The notes beneath the pieces are model-generated. The model was not told where the DNA came from and ran no database searches. It saw only the letters and a list, made by a program, of their open reading frames with translations. A stretch of DNA of 64,000 nucleotides, from IMG/VR virus record IMGVR_UViG_3300015263_000653, positions 1 to 64,000 of that record; one strand, written 5' to 3'. Made by a program: the position numbers and the translations under genes. This stretch comes from a virus. This document shows positions 1-10,437 of the stretch, piece by piece; position 1 is the first letter of the stretch; each line of letters starts with the position of its first letter.

Positions 1-23
1 ACACTTCACAGGAGATCGAAATC

Positions 24-743
24 ATGTTTGGACACCAAATCGAAGGCGAGCGAGTTTGTTACTGGGGCGCACGAGCCATCTTCGAGCGTGGCAATATCGA
101 CTTGCTGCACGACCGGCAGTCTGGCGATGCCAACGATGGTCTCGTCAACTGGCTCAACGCCCGTGCTCTGCCGTGGCTCCGTGAGCGAGTCAAGGAAATC
201 GGGCTGGCGACCAACGATCCGCAGGAGATCGTGCTGAGCGAATTCAAGTACGAACTGCGTGCCAGCACCCATGCGTCCTACGGCTACCTTTACATTGGTG
301 CCGTCGAATGGCCCCAAGTGCCGTGCGAGCCGCACATCAACACGGCGACCAAAGTTGAGGAACCGGTTGTCTCGTGCAACGGTCAGATGTTCGTGGTGGA
401 CCCCGGCATGGCAGAAGTTGGCACTGAAGGGGTTGTCAAAGTGAACGGCATCGGCCCGGCGAAGGTGGTCGGATATTACAATGAGAACTATGCCGATCCC
501 TACAAGCTGGCCTGCCTCATGGTGGTGATGCTCTCGCCGCCCGACTGGTGGATCGCCCAGCGTCAGGAAGACGAGATTCGCAAGCTCGTGAAGTCTGGCA
601 AGATGCCCGCCAAGCGTGGGACGAAGCCGGAACATGGTGTCGGATCGCCAGCAGCGGTCAAGGAATACCGTAAGAACTGGAAGCCGTCGCCCTGTCCAAT
701 CTGGTCGAACGACTTCAAGACAGACAAGGCCGAAGCGGCGTAA
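24..743 (+). CDS. hypothetical protein (array cassette)
   Basis: GGAGA SD upstream; stop is the TAA of the repeat; ends KAEAA. Confidence 0.85.
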   Translation: MFGHQIEGERVCYWGARAIFERGNIDLLHDRQSGDANDGLVNWLNARALPWLRERVKEIGLATNDPQEIVLSEFKYELRASTHASYGYLYIGAVEWPQVPCEPHINTATKVEEPVVSCNGQMFVVDPGMAEVGTEGVVKVNGIGPAKVVGYYNENYADPYKLACLMVVMLSPPDWWIAQRQEDEIRKLVKSGKMPAKRGTKPEHGVGSPAAVKEYRKNWKPSPCPIWSNDFKTDKAEAA

Positions 744-789
744 CACCCGCTTCGATCTTGTAACACACAACACACACTGGAGACCAACC

Positions 790-1080
790 ATGACAGCTTT
801 CGTTGACAGCCCGGAGAAGGCCCGGCAAGACGCCGCTTTGACCAACCTCTGGTATCACGAAGACCAGTTCCGTGAATTCTTCACCAGTCCGTTCGATCAG
901 TACAAAGATCGCATCGGCCAACGCTTCACGGTGTTGGGTCACGACACCGAAGCGGAACAAGACGTGGTGGACGGTGGTGGCAACTTCGAGGAAATGTACA
1001 AGATTCGCTTCGAGGATGGCACCGAGATCACCGCTTGGGGACATGAAGTCTGCCTGCTCGACTACGACAAGTGCAAGTAA
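790..1080 (+). CDS. hypothetical protein (array cassette)
   Basis: AC-rich leader + GGAGA, ATG at 790, stop in repeat. Confidence 0.85.
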   Translation: MTAFVDSPEKARQDAALTNLWYHEDQFREFFTSPFDQYKDRIGQRFTVLGHDTEAEQDVVDGGGNFEEMYKIRFEDGTEITAWGHEVCLLDYDKCK

Positions 1081-1124
1081 CACCCACTTGTTGAGAGTCA
1101 ACCACAACACACTGGAGATCGACG

Positions 1125-1505
1125 ATGAAAGCACGAAACGCCCTGAAACTGATTCTGGAACTGCACCACAACCCGGATTGCAGTCCCACAGACAAGGTGG
1201 CTCTGGCCCCAATGACGTTGCGACAAGTGCGGGAAGCATTGGCTGAAATCGACGCCGATGATCCCCGTGTCAAGATGATCCGCAACGACCCGAAGGTGGG
1301 CAAGGGAACATGCACCAGCATCGACGAAGCCAACACCGACACCGAGTTGGTGGACAGGATGAACGAAGATGGTGTAACTCCGCTCAATGCTGTAAAATGG
1401 GCGAGAGAGTGTGAAGGTCTCTCGCTGGAACAGGGACTCAACCAACGGTGGGGCGAGGATGACGACCCCCAGTTGAAACGGTATCACGAATTTCACCAAG
1501 ACTGA
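1125..1505 (+). CDS. hypothetical protein (array cassette)
   Basis: leader + SD; first gene of a two-gene unit. Confidence 0.8.
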   Translation: MKARNALKLILELHHNPDCSPTDKVALAPMTLRQVREALAEIDADDPRVKMIRNDPKVGKGTCTSIDEANTDTELVDRMNEDGVTPLNAVKWARECEGLSLEQGLNQRWGEDDDPQLKRYHEFHQD

Positions 1506-1512
1506 GGAACCA

Positions 1513-1779
1513 ATGGCGCACGACCCGGAACTCGATCACCTGATTTACGATGGCATGGCTGTGAGCGACGGTCACACCACCATCGGATCGGTACGACCGA
1601 CAGGTAATGTCAGTGAATTGCCGCCGCTCACCCCGGAGCGGTTGCAAGACTGCCTCAGAGTGTTGAAGCATCTGGAGTCGATCAACCCCAAACTGCTGAC
1701 TGATCGTGAGCGGGAATGGGCAGATTTTGTTCGCTTCAAGATCGACGACTGGAACTCCGACTATGATCCACCCGAATAA
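1513..1779 (+). CDS. hypothetical protein (array cassette)
   Basis: GAGG SD; stop in repeat. Confidence 0.8.
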   Translation: MAHDPELDHLIYDGMAVSDGHTTIGSVRPTGNVSELPPLTPERLQDCLRVLKHLESINPKLLTDREREWADFVRFKIDDWNSDYDPPE

Positions 1780-1830
1780 CACCCGCTTGGTCGGTATCAC
1801 CAACACAACTTTTGCACTGGAGACCGACCA

Positions 1831-2265
1831 ATGAACCACTCAACCGAACCGCTTAGCGACGAAGTTCTCGCCGATCACTTTCGGCAACATGCTCCCGCCA
1901 TCGTGAAGTCATTGCAGGAAGCGGGACAACGCTTCCTTGGCGACAAGGCTCCGAGCATCGAATATCTGGAAACCGATCCCGTCATCCGCATCGACGGGAG
2001 TTTGGTGGACATTTCCCCGGACGATCAAGAACAGAAGTCGATTGGCCGAACGCTCCACGTTCCCGCCTTCGCCGTGGTGACTTACAAGCACTATGCGGCG
2101 ACTCGTGAGGAACCGGAAGACTGGGATGAAGTCCATCTGGAGACCGTTCGTGGTGTCCACAACGTGGCCCATGCCGCTCTGTCACACTGGTTTCGGTTGA
2201 CGACCGAAAGCTACTTCGACGCCGAAGGTGAAGCGGCTGCCTATGCTGAAATGGAAACCGACTAA
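1831..2265 (+). CDS. hypothetical protein (array cassette)
   Basis: leader + SD; stop in repeat. Confidence 0.85.
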   Translation: MNHSTEPLSDEVLADHFRQHAPAIVKSLQEAGQRFLGDKAPSIEYLETDPVIRIDGSLVDISPDDQEQKSIGRTLHVPAFAVVTYKHYAATREEPEDWDEVHLETVRGVHNVAHAALSHWFRLTTESYFDAEGEAAAYAEMETD

Positions 2266-2301
2266 CACCCGCTTGAACAGCACAACACCACAGGAGAACA
2301 A

Positions 2302-2532
2302 ATGAGTCAGAAACCCGAACTGTATCACGGCATCGAAGTCGCAACGGATGGATGCTACCATCTGTATGTTTCGACCGATGAAAACGAAGTGAACGAACAC
2401 TTCGCCGAACTCCGCAGGATGCTCGGCGATGAAATCGAGACCTACAGTCTCGGTACGATGGAAGCAACGTCGGTCGATGAAGCACTCGACAAGATTCGGG
2501 CAGGTGACTGGGATTATACCCAGTTGTGTTGA
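2302..2532 (+). CDS. hypothetical acidic protein (array cassette)
   Basis: leader + SD. Confidence 0.8.
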   Translation: MSQKPELYHGIEVATDGCYHLYVSTDENEVNEHFAELRRMLGDEIETYSLGTMEATSVDEALDKIRAGDWDYTQLC

Positions 2533-2641
2533 TACCAATTTAGGAGACAACCCAATGCTGGGATTATACCCAGCACTGACGCCAGTGCTAACACCCGCTT
2601 ACAAGACACACAACACACAACCCCGTTCAGGAGATCAAACC

Positions 2642-3235
2642 ATGTTGGAATTGTTTCAGAAAGACGTTGCTGGTGCTCTGGCACTCGTGCTCGATCTGGC
2701 ACAACAGAATGTCATCGAAGATGATGAAATGGCCGACGAAGCCGCCGAACAGGAGAAAGCCATCGAGACGGTTCAGGAATATCTGAATCTGCTCAACGAT
2801 GGCACCGACCTGACGCAAGCCGCCGTCGCCCTCGAAGAACTCGCCGGTGTGGACGTGGATACGTTCATGGATCGGGTCGAGAACGGCAACGATGATTACC
2901 TCGGCTGGTGGAAGCCGCTCTATGAGAAGATGGCAAGGCTGATCGAAGCGGCGAAGCAACCCCGCATCCTCGAAGTCCCGTTGCAAGGTCATGTCGTTCG
3001 CCTCTATCCCAGCGGCGACGGCGCACCGAACAACAAGCCGGTCCTCAAGGTGTTCAAGCTGGTGGAAGGGGAGCGTGTTCCGCTCGCCAGCATCGAACTC
3101 TCGGATTACGCCAGCATGGCCCAATACTTCCATGAGGAAGACATGATCGAAAATCTCGGTCTGGACCGTGACAGTCGCCAGTTCAAGAGCCGGGTCAAGG
3201 CGACTCGCAAGGCACTGGGCTACTCTCAACCCTAA
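2642..3235 (+). CDS. hypothetical protein (array cassette)
   Basis: start moved to the ATG after leader/SD; stop in repeat. Confidence 0.85.
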   Translation: MLELFQKDVAGALALVLDLAQQNVIEDDEMADEAAEQEKAIETVQEYLNLLNDGTDLTQAAVALEELAGVDVDTFMDRVENGNDDYLGWWKPLYEKMARLIEAAKQPRILEVPLQGHVVRLYPSGDGAPNNKPVLKVFKLVEGERVPLASIELSDYASMAQYFHEEDMIENLGLDRDSRQFKSRVKATRKALGYSQP

Positions 3236-3301
3236 CACCCGCTTGTGAGCCGGGGAGAACTACTCTCCCCGGCATCACACAACACACAACTGGAGATCGC
3301 T

Positions 3302-3808
3302 TTGGAAAACAACCTCCTCAAAACTCGCTTCGCCGTTCTCATTGAGACCACTCGTGGCGAGATCAAGATCGAACAGGCTGCTGACGAGAACACCGTGGGC
3401 TACCACTACAAGCCCATCGACAAACACGACCCGTATTTCAATGGGCCGATCACCGTCAACCCCACTGGCACGGTCAAACGCAAGCAAGTTGAAGAGGCAT
3501 TGACCCGCTCTTGGATCGAGCCGACGCCGGAAGCCTGCGAACAGGTGGAAGACGCCGCCTGCCTCGTTCATGCTCTGGTCGCTGCCCACAAGATGGAAGA
3601 CGTTGCCGTTCAGATGACTTCCGACGAATTCGGTGGTGAGCGATTTGGACCCTACACCACGGGCGCAAATGCCCTCAGTGCCATCGTTCGGCTGGCCGAA
3701 AAAGCCGATGAAGATCACGTCGAACGGACTATCGGACTGCTCGTCAACCCGGAAGAAACTGACGACGACGAAGATGATGATGATTTCGATGTTGGTGGGG
3801 AAGGATAA
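3302..3808 (+). CDS. hypothetical protein with acidic tail (array cassette)
   Basis: TTG start after GGAGATCGC. Confidence 0.8.
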   Translation: MENNLLKTRFAVLIETTRGEIKIEQAADENTVGYHYKPIDKHDPYFNGPITVNPTGTVKRKQVEEALTRSWIEPTPEACEQVEDAACLVHALVAAHKMEDVAVQMTSDEFGGERFGPYTTGANALSAIVRLAEKADEDHVERTIGLLVNPEETDDDEDDDDFDVGGEG

Positions 3809-3977
3809 CCCATGTGTCGTTGCCGAAAGAAAACCGCCAACGTACACTGGGTGAGATACCCCAGCGGCATCTGGAAAGCGATTTGTCTGGCTTGCTTCTG
3901 TCTTCGGTCTGACAGATACACCAGATAACACCCGCTTGAACATCGTCAACAACACAACCCTTTCAGGAGATCGCAGA

Positions 3978-4766
3978 ATGAGCTTTATGAAACCCCAACG
4001 CTTCAGCGACCTGTCTCCGACCGACATCTTCTATGACACGCATCGTCATGGATTTGACAACAAGGAGCAAGTCTGGATGAAGGTCACGGGCAATGCCGAT
4101 TTCAACGTCATCAGTGACGACGGCACTCGCACCGGCAAGATGCCCGAAGACAAGATGGTGACGGTCATCCGCAAGAAAATCCACATCCTCGATCTGCGTC
4201 AAGGCGACCAGTGCTGCATGGTGGCACACCTCGGCATCGGCTATATGACCTGCACCGTGCTGAAGATCGAAGACAAAGACGGTTATCGTCACATCACGTT
4301 CATCCGGCCCCTGATTCACGCCAGCGGTTTCGGTACGACCTGTCCCAGCGGATATGTCCACACCGAGAAGTTCACGGCAATGGTTCGCTGCGATGATCGG
4401 AAGCGGGACGATTACTACCATCTGGTCGGCGTCGATACCAGTGCCGTCTATGACGAATACAAGCTGGTTCTCAGCGGTGGTGGCTGTGCCAATCGGCATC
4501 GCATGGCAGTTTACATGCAACTGATGGGCGACAAGCGAAGCATCGCCGAAATCCTCTGCATGGATGGACTCAAGATCAACTCCGAGTGTATCGGCCTGCT
4601 GATGAACAACTTCATCAAGGTGCGGGAGATTCCCCCGGAATACCCGGATCGTGATGACGAAGCCGAAAGCCGGTTCATCAAGGAACTGCAAGCCAAGGCC
4701 GATCACACGAAGTGGGAACGCAAGTACCTCGGCATGGTCGAAGCAAGCCGGGCGAAACTCGTCTGA
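3978..4766 (+). CDS. hypothetical protein (array cassette)
   Basis: leader + SD; TGA stop in repeat variant. Confidence 0.85.
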   Translation: MSFMKPQRFSDLSPTDIFYDTHRHGFDNKEQVWMKVTGNADFNVISDDGTRTGKMPEDKMVTVIRKKIHILDLRQGDQCCMVAHLGIGYMTCTVLKIEDKDGYRHITFIRPLIHASGFGTTCPSGYVHTEKFTAMVRCDDRKRDDYYHLVGVDTSAVYDEYKLVLSGGGCANRHRMAVYMQLMGDKRSIAEILCMDGLKINSECIGLLMNNFIKVREIPPEYPDRDDEAESRFIKELQAKADHTKWERKYLGMVEASRAKLV

Positions 4767-4837
4767 CACCCGCTTGGATACCATCGGGGAACAACTCCCC
4801 GATGGTATTCCAAAATTTGTATTCAGGAGACAACGGA

Positions 4838-5104
4838 ATGACAACCAAAACCGTCGATGAACTCATGCAAGATTTGGAGAGAAGCGAAAGGGATTTGACT
4901 CTCTCCATGATGCGGCGTGCAATCGCCCATGTCAAGCTGATCGACCCAGAACTCTTCTGGGACGTGTATGAAACCGTGGTGCATTTCACGGGCGACTTCC
5001 CCGAAGACGAAGGCTGGGGAACTTCGGATACCAGTGCCGTCCTGCGTGCTGTCTCCGAGCGGATCGACGCCGTAAAAGCCTATCAGCAGCAAACACCCGC
5101 TTGA
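4838..5104 (+). CDS. hypothetical protein (array cassette)
   Basis: SD; reads into the repeat (…TPA) and stops at the TGA of GCTTGA. Confidence 0.8.
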   Translation: MTTKTVDELMQDLERSERDLTLSMMRRAIAHVKLIDPELFWDVYETVVHFTGDFPEDEGWGTSDTSAVLRAVSERIDAVKAYQQQTPA

Positions 5105-5142
5105 AGCGAAGACAACACAACACCAATCAGGAGATCGCCAAC

Positions 5143-5382
5143 ATGGCACACTTTGCACCGGAACATCAAGAACTGATCGAGAAGCACAACTTGGGAGAAG
5201 GCTCGATCATCGGTGGCCCACTCTACGATCCTCGACGGTTCACCCCCGTTTGCACTCCAGAACTCGAAGCCGATCTGGTCAGGCTCAACATCCCGTTCGA
5301 TAGAACACGAGCCGACAACAAGCAACATCCCGACTACGGCAAGCCGCTGTTCGAGTTTGTCATCTACAAGCAACGTGACTGA
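5143..5382 (+). CDS. hypothetical protein (array cassette)
   Basis: leader + SD; stop in repeat. Confidence 0.8.
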   Translation: MAHFAPEHQELIEKHNLGEGSIIGGPLYDPRRFTPVCTPELEADLVRLNIPFDRTRADNKQHPDYGKPLFEFVIYKQRD

Positions 5383-5425
5383 CACCCGCTTGGTGGGAGT
5401 CAACAACACACACCGGAGATCGCAA

Positions 5426-5791
5426 ATGATGACCGACGAAATCACACAGGAAACGCTCGACAAAGCCGCCGAATTGGGACGGGAAATGGCGAAGCGGGAC
5501 ACTTGGATTCAAGCTGTTCACGATGTGCGAGTGGACAACCCGAACGACTTCGGGGAATACCAGCAAGCCCATCGTGCCGCTTGGGAAGAGACCTGCCAAT
5601 GGGAGCAACTGTGGGGCAGTCGCCTCACAACTCTCACCGAAGAGGCAGCCGAAGCCCAAGACGTGGACAAGTCAACGAACTGGGAAGCGTGGTACTACGG
5701 TTTCTACGATCCCGCCAAAGATGCCATGTGGGATGCGTGGGAAGAGGAACGAGACCTCGCTGCCTACTGGAAACAGAACGTCGCCAAGTAA
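5426..5791 (+). CDS. hypothetical Trp-rich protein (array cassette)
   Basis: leader + SD; stop in repeat. Confidence 0.85.
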   Translation: MMTDEITQETLDKAAELGREMAKRDTWIQAVHDVRVDNPNDFGEYQQAHRAAWEETCQWEQLWGSRLTTLTEEAAEAQDVDKSTNWEAWYYGFYDPAKDAMWDAWEEERDLAAYWKQNVAK

Positions 5792-5836
5792 CACCCGCTT
5801 GGTCAGCGTCAACAACATAACCTCATTGGAGTCAAC

Positions 5837-6508
5837 ATGACCATTCAACTTTACGCTCCCGGCGATGGTGCTCTGTCTTTCACGAAGACAGCAAACCAGT
5901 ATGTCGGTAACTGCCGACAAGACGTTGCCACTGGTGAGCCGATCACTCGTGAAGAGGCAGAAGCAAGAGTCGCCGAAGAGGGAGACCGGTTCAAGGATTA
6001 CCTGCTGATCGAGATCGGCAAAGACCAGTCCTACACTCGCATGGTCGAAGCCCCTCGGAAGAAATGGGCAAGGCGAGCCGATCCCCCGGAAATGGTCGAA
6101 GAACTCGTTCTCGTTCCGCCTCAGTTCCGCCTCTGTGCCCCGGTCAAGCGAGTCGGCGATAACAAGCTGCAACTCAATGGCACGGTTTACACCTATGCCG
6201 TGGATGAAAGCAACATTTTCTGGAGTCGGGACGGCGAATACACCGACAACAACCTCTCCATCACGTTCCATCATTGCATCGTGGCGGAAGGCGAAACGCT
6301 GGTCGATGAACCAGACCGAGAACTCCGCAATGTCTCCACCCGTGGCGCACTGCGATGGTTCCTCAACCATGAGGCAATCATTCTCAAGCAGTATCCACAA
6401 CAGGACTCAACGCTGGACGCCACAACTCAGACGTTGAAAGAGACAGTGGCGAGTCTTCGCCGAGCCGGAATGTCCGACGAACAGATCATCGGCCTGACGA
6501 ACGAGTAA
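5837..6508 (+). CDS. hypothetical protein (array cassette)
   Basis: SD; stop in repeat. Confidence 0.85.
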   Translation: MTIQLYAPGDGALSFTKTANQYVGNCRQDVATGEPITREEAEARVAEEGDRFKDYLLIEIGKDQSYTRMVEAPRKKWARRADPPEMVEELVLVPPQFRLCAPVKRVGDNKLQLNGTVYTYAVDESNIFWSRDGEYTDNNLSITFHHCIVAEGETLVDEPDRELRNVSTRGALRWFLNHEAIILKQYPQQDSTLDATTQTLKETVASLRRAGMSDEQIIGLTNE

Positions 6509-6527
6509 CACCCGCTTGGAGGATGTA

Positions 6528-7076
6528 ATGACACCGGACGAACAAATCCAATACCTGCGGGGACTGCAACCCGGAGAGAAGGTGATTGAGACCGAACGAT
6601 CTTCTTGCATGTATGGAAAGACTGGTGTTGTTTACATCAGTGAAAACATCGGCCCCTCTTTTGGCAGCCTTTGTGTCAAGTGGGAAGATGGGATGGGAAC
6701 GTCGGTGACTCACGGGACTCGCAGAATTTCTGACACACAACACACAGGAGATCGCTCAATGTTCAACAAGCCGTTCAAACTGCCTTATATGGGAAGCGAA
6801 TTCGATTGCGTGCTGGTCGAACAGCACTATCGCAATGATCGCCTCGCCATCGAAGTCATCGACCGGGCCGAAGGTGAGCCGTTCACCACCCTCACCGTCA
6901 ACATCCCCGAAGTGCCGCTGGCCGACGACGAGATTCTCGTCAAGACGTGGAGTGAGAACGAGACCATCGCTCCCGCTGTCCTCGCCGCCTTCCCCAATCA
7001 CTTTGAAGATACTGGTCGCACCGTGCCTGCCGGTCATGCCCGTGCCGCCATCTGGAAGATCAAGGGAGCGGCGTAA
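6528..7076 (+). CDS. fused cassettes; the C-terminal part (internal start 6759) resembles DUF4313
   Basis: Y.NDRLAI…EPF.TLTVN.P…DEILVKTWSENE motif; internal leader + SD at 6732-6758 is in frame. Confidence 0.7.
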   Translation: MTPDEQIQYLRGLQPGEKVIETERSSCMYGKTGVVYISENIGPSFGSLCVKWEDGMGTSVTHGTRRISDTQHTGDRSMFNKPFKLPYMGSEFDCVLVEQHYRNDRLAIEVIDRAEGEPFTTLTVNIPEVPLADDEILVKTWSENETIAPAVLAAFPNHFEDTGRTVPAGHARAAIWKIKGAA

Positions 7077-7122
7077 CACCCGCTTGGCTAGAGTACACAC
7101 AACACACTTTCAGGAGATCGCA

Positions 7123-7458
7123 ATGAACAAATCCACGAGCGATATGCTCCACCATCTGTCCAACCTCGAAGTCGATGAATTGGATGCCGCCATCAACCAT
7201 CTGACTCGTGCTCGCAAGAGCCGTGCCGAAATGCGGTCGCTAGTTGCCTTCAAGATCGGCGACAAAGTGACGTTCCCGTGGCACACGAAAGATCAGATGC
7301 ACACCGGAGAATTCGTCGGAACATATCACGAAACCGGCAAGATTTGTGTCGCCAGCGTCATCGACCACGAAGGTAAACCGTATTCTGGAACTTGTGTGGT
7401 CGATGCCCTCAAGGTCGATCACTTGGAAGGCGACGAAGACGAAAAGGAAGCGGCGTAA
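7123..7458 (+). CDS. hypothetical protein (array cassette)
   Basis: leader + SD; ends EKEAA; stop in repeat. Confidence 0.85.
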   Translation: MNKSTSDMLHHLSNLEVDELDAAINHLTRARKSRAEMRSLVAFKIGDKVTFPWHTKDQMHTGEFVGTYHETGKICVASVIDHEGKPYSGTCVVDALKVDHLEGDEDEKEAA

Positions 7459-7474
7459 CACCCGCTGGGACAGC

Positions 7475-7840
7475 ATGAACATCGAAACCATCACCAACAT
7501 CGCCAGACGACTCAATCCCGAAACTTTCATCGGGATTGACTATCAACCCGAACAAACTCAAGGAATCAAGTTGGTTGCTTGGTTCAAGTCGGATGAAGGT
7601 CTCCGGGCCTACAAACGACAGTTGATTCGGGGAGAGAACAAAGTTGGCATCGACCTCACAAGTCGCCTGTCAGACAAGCCCGAAACCTTCAACGTCATCG
7701 AGTGGCACAATCCCAGCAACTCGCTTGGAGAAAACCTCACTGCTGAACAGGTGATGGAACTGGGATACAACAATGTCATGTTCGAGCGGGGGAAACAGCG
7801 GGCATGGGTCACAAATTGCTGTGCCTTCAAGTGCCACTAA
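7475..7840 (+). CDS. hypothetical protein (array cassette)
   Basis: lies between two repeats. Confidence 0.8.
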   Translation: MNIETITNIARRLNPETFIGIDYQPEQTQGIKLVAWFKSDEGLRAYKRQLIRGENKVGIDLTSRLSDKPETFNVIEWHNPSNSLGENLTAEQVMELGYNNVMFERGKQRAWVTNCCAFKCH

Positions 7841-7888
7841 CACCCGCTTGTCGGTCATCACAACAACACAACACACAGGAGATCGCAG

Positions 7889-8254
7889 ATGTTTGACCGA
7901 CTGGATATGTCGCCTCGCCGCTTCGCTCGAATGCAAAAGTTGGAATGCGGGGCAAAAGTCCCCAATCCCGACAAGCCGATGGTTCATCCCACTGAGTTTG
8001 GGCCAGACCGGGCGCAGGAGATCGCCGACGCTGCTCATGCCGCCACAACGTGTGGCCCGTGGGTTGACCAGATTGAAGACCAGATGACCGATGGCGAACT
8101 CGTGTTCGTGCTGGTGATTTGGGATCGCCTCAGCGGTAGCTCTTGCTGGATGGATGCGTTCAATCGTATCTGGCGGGGCGAAGTGCAGGCAATGCGAGAC
8201 TCGGAACGCGCCGCACCTGCCGCCTATGCCGCCGCAATGGCGAAACTCGACTAA
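7889..8254 (+). CDS. hypothetical protein (array cassette)
   Basis: leader + SD; stop in repeat. Confidence 0.85.
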   Translation: MFDRLDMSPRRFARMQKLECGAKVPNPDKPMVHPTEFGPDRAQEIADAAHAATTCGPWVDQIEDQMTDGELVFVLVIWDRLSGSSCWMDAFNRIWRGEVQAMRDSERAAPAAYAAAMAKLD

Positions 8255-8300
8255 CACCCGCTTGGCATCTGTCACAACACAACACACAGGAGATCGAGCC

Positions 8301-8603
8301 ATGTGGGACAAGAATTCAAAGCGTTATCACTTGGGAATCCAAGCATCGGGACACAACCTCTACGAACGTGCCCGATTGTCGGTTTACAACTCATCCAACG
8401 GCAAACTCGAAATTCACGGGTTCGCCATCGGTGGGCAGGACGTGGAAATGATCTACGACCTGTACCTGTCTCGGAGGGATGAACGCAAGCCGACCAAAGA
8501 ACAAATCTCTTTTGTGATTGCCTTCATCTTGGGCATCGCAGAAGGATCGGACCAGCGGACACGGTTGACCGGCAATGGACTGCCGGGACGATACTCCCAC
8601 TAA
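8301..8603 (+). CDS. hypothetical protein (array cassette)
   Basis: leader + SD; stop in repeat. Confidence 0.85.
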   Translation: MWDKNSKRYHLGIQASGHNLYERARLSVYNSSNGKLEIHGFAIGGQDVEMIYDLYLSRRDERKPTKEQISFVIAFILGIAEGSDQRTRLTGNGLPGRYSH

Positions 8604-8650
8604 CACCCGCTTGGCAAGAGTCAACACAACACACTCTTTCGGAGATCGCC

Positions 8651-9115
8651 ATGACTGGTGACGAATTGAAAAAGCAACTGGCCGAAAAGTATCCGCAGAT
8701 CGGTTTGACCTTCGGATACATCGGCAACCTCGAACGCTGGGGTGATGATCGCTCGTGGTATTTCTTCACGAAGGTCCGTCCGCCGCAAAGTGACAACTGC
8801 CTGTCGTTTGGTAGCTGTCGCACCGATAAGCTGGACGAGTTTATCGCCAAGGCTGAACGAGAACTGGAGAACTGGATTGTCGAGCGGGTACTCCCGCACG
8901 CCGAACACGTCTATCGCAGTTTTGACGTGGTTGTGCCGTTGCATGTCGCTCCCATCGTGGAAAAGACCCTCAAGGCGCATGGAGCAAGTTTCGGTATGCG
9001 TGGTGGTGGTCGCTTCAGTTTCTCGTTGCAACACAAAACCCTCGAAGATATTCGAGAGATCGTTACGGGTCTGGTGGGAACCGAAGGCGTGACGGTCGAG
9101 CCGTCTCGCTGGTAA
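8651..9115 (+). CDS. hypothetical protein (array cassette)
   Basis: leader + SD; stop abuts repeat. Confidence 0.85.
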   Translation: MTGDELKKQLAEKYPQIGLTFGYIGNLERWGDDRSWYFFTKVRPPQSDNCLSFGSCRTDKLDEFIAKAERELENWIVERVLPHAEHVYRSFDVVVPLHVAPIVEKTLKAHGASFGMRGGGRFSFSLQHKTLEDIREIVTGLVGTEGVTVEPSRW

Positions 9116-9132
9116 ACACCCGCTTGGAACAT

Positions 9133-9209
9133 GCCCGGCTGACCGGGCCGGTGATCGACGCCAGTACAAAAATTGTACCGGGCTGTGATCCAATGCCAGT
9201 CAGCCGGGC
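9133..9209 (+). other. non-coding hairpin cassette
   Basis: GCCCGGCTGAC…GTCAGCCGGGC closes the unit between two repeats and encloses GTACAAAAATTGTAC. Confidence 0.7.
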
Positions 9210-9259
9210 CTCTAACACCCGCTTGAAACGAGAACACAACACACTACTAGGAGATCGAG

Positions 9260-9673
9260 ATGACGAAGCCAGAATTCGCCGCCCTGTCAGGATGGGCAAT
9301 CGCTGAACACTTCGGTTGCCAATACTACGGCGATGGTTCGCCAGTCCCGCATGGTGGTGTCTTCTATGACATGCGAGATTGGCAACGATACGGATATGCC
9401 AACGTGGTCAACATCTACAAAGACCCCGAAGGCGAGCCGATTATGACCGTCGAACGTGGCACGCTCAACAAGCCAGAGGACATGCAATCGGCATTCGATT
9501 GTGCTGGTACGCCGAAAGATCAGTACGACAATCCAGCCGCTCAGATCGAAGCCGTCTTCGCCGCCTGTGGTGTCGAACCCGATTCGGTCAACCCGTGGTC
9601 CTACTTCCCCATCGACGACGAAGATCGGTTGTGGGAAGAGACCGAGCAAGACCTGAAATTGCTCGGTAGCTAA
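9260..9673 (+). CDS. hypothetical protein (array cassette)
   Basis: leader + SD; stop in repeat. Confidence 0.85.
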   Translation: MTKPEFAALSGWAIAEHFGCQYYGDGSPVPHGGVFYDMRDWQRYGYANVVNIYKDPEGEPIMTVERGTLNKPEDMQSAFDCAGTPKDQYDNPAAQIEAVFAACGVEPDSVNPWSYFPIDDEDRLWEETEQDLKLLGS

Positions 9674-9715
9674 CACCCGCTTGATGGGAAACAACACACC
9701 ACTGGAGACCAACAA

Positions 9716-10102
9716 ATGACAAAGCCGTTTGTCCTGTATCGCAACACTAAGAGTCGTGTGGAACACGAACGAGAAGAAGAAGTGATGGATCGCATGGAAG
9801 CCGATGCGGAGATCATCGACTTTGAAGAGTTTGCAGAGAACTGTGAATTCAATGAAGTCGCTGAACAACTCGGCTATGGTGATGACCTGCCGCTGGCCGA
9901 TGATTGGTCTGTCAGCTTCAGCAAGAGCCAGTTCGGCGGATTGCCCTGCTTCATCCTCGGACACACAGAGTGTGATTTCATCTTCCTCAAACCGGAAGAC
10001 GCAAACATGCTCGGCGAACATCATGGTCAAGCCGCCGAAGGGATGACCGACATGGAATGGAAACGTCACACCGGTTACGGCAAGACTGGCCTCGACCCCT
10101 AA
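9716..10102 (+). CDS. hypothetical acidic protein (array cassette)
   Basis: leader + SD; stop in repeat. Confidence 0.85.
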   Translation: MTKPFVLYRNTKSRVEHEREEEVMDRMEADAEIIDFEEFAENCEFNEVAEQLGYGDDLPLADDWSVSFSKSQFGGLPCFILGHTECDFIFLKPEDANMLGEHHGQAAEGMTDMEWKRHTGYGKTGLDP

Positions 10103-10120
10103 CACCCGCTTGGAGATCAG

Positions 10121-10429
10121 ATGAACGTCAACATCACGGTAACTTGCCCAAAGCACAACATGATCGTCAATCCCCGGTATGTCACCGAACAACTGGAGAA
10201 ACGAATGTTCCAGATGCCGGGCGGGTTTCGGTTCCGACTGCAACAATGCCTGCCCTATCCGGGCGAGCCGTTTGAGAACAAGACATTGCAGTTCACCAAT
10301 ACTGTGCCGGTTGGCAGGATTCGTGACAACGCCCAGCGAACACCCACTTTCAAAGAGCAGCGAACACGCTTCGCCTTCAACATCGGAGATAACCAAGTCT
10401 CCGTGAGCACTGACCCCGAATCACAATAG
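10121..10429 (+). CDS. hypothetical protein (array cassette)
   Basis: SD overlaps the repeat end (TTGGAGA). Confidence 0.75.
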   Translation: MNVNITVTCPKHNMIVNPRYVTEQLEKRMFQMPGGFRFRLQQCLPYPGEPFENKTLQFTNTVPVGRIRDNAQRTPTFKEQRTRFAFNIGDNQVSVSTDPESQ

Positions 10430-10437
10430 GAGAACGG

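Noticed and set aside
741-760. Twister ribozyme (UAACAC resembles the twister cleavage strand)
   Set aside because: The conserved downstream elements and pseudoknot partners are absent from the junctions.
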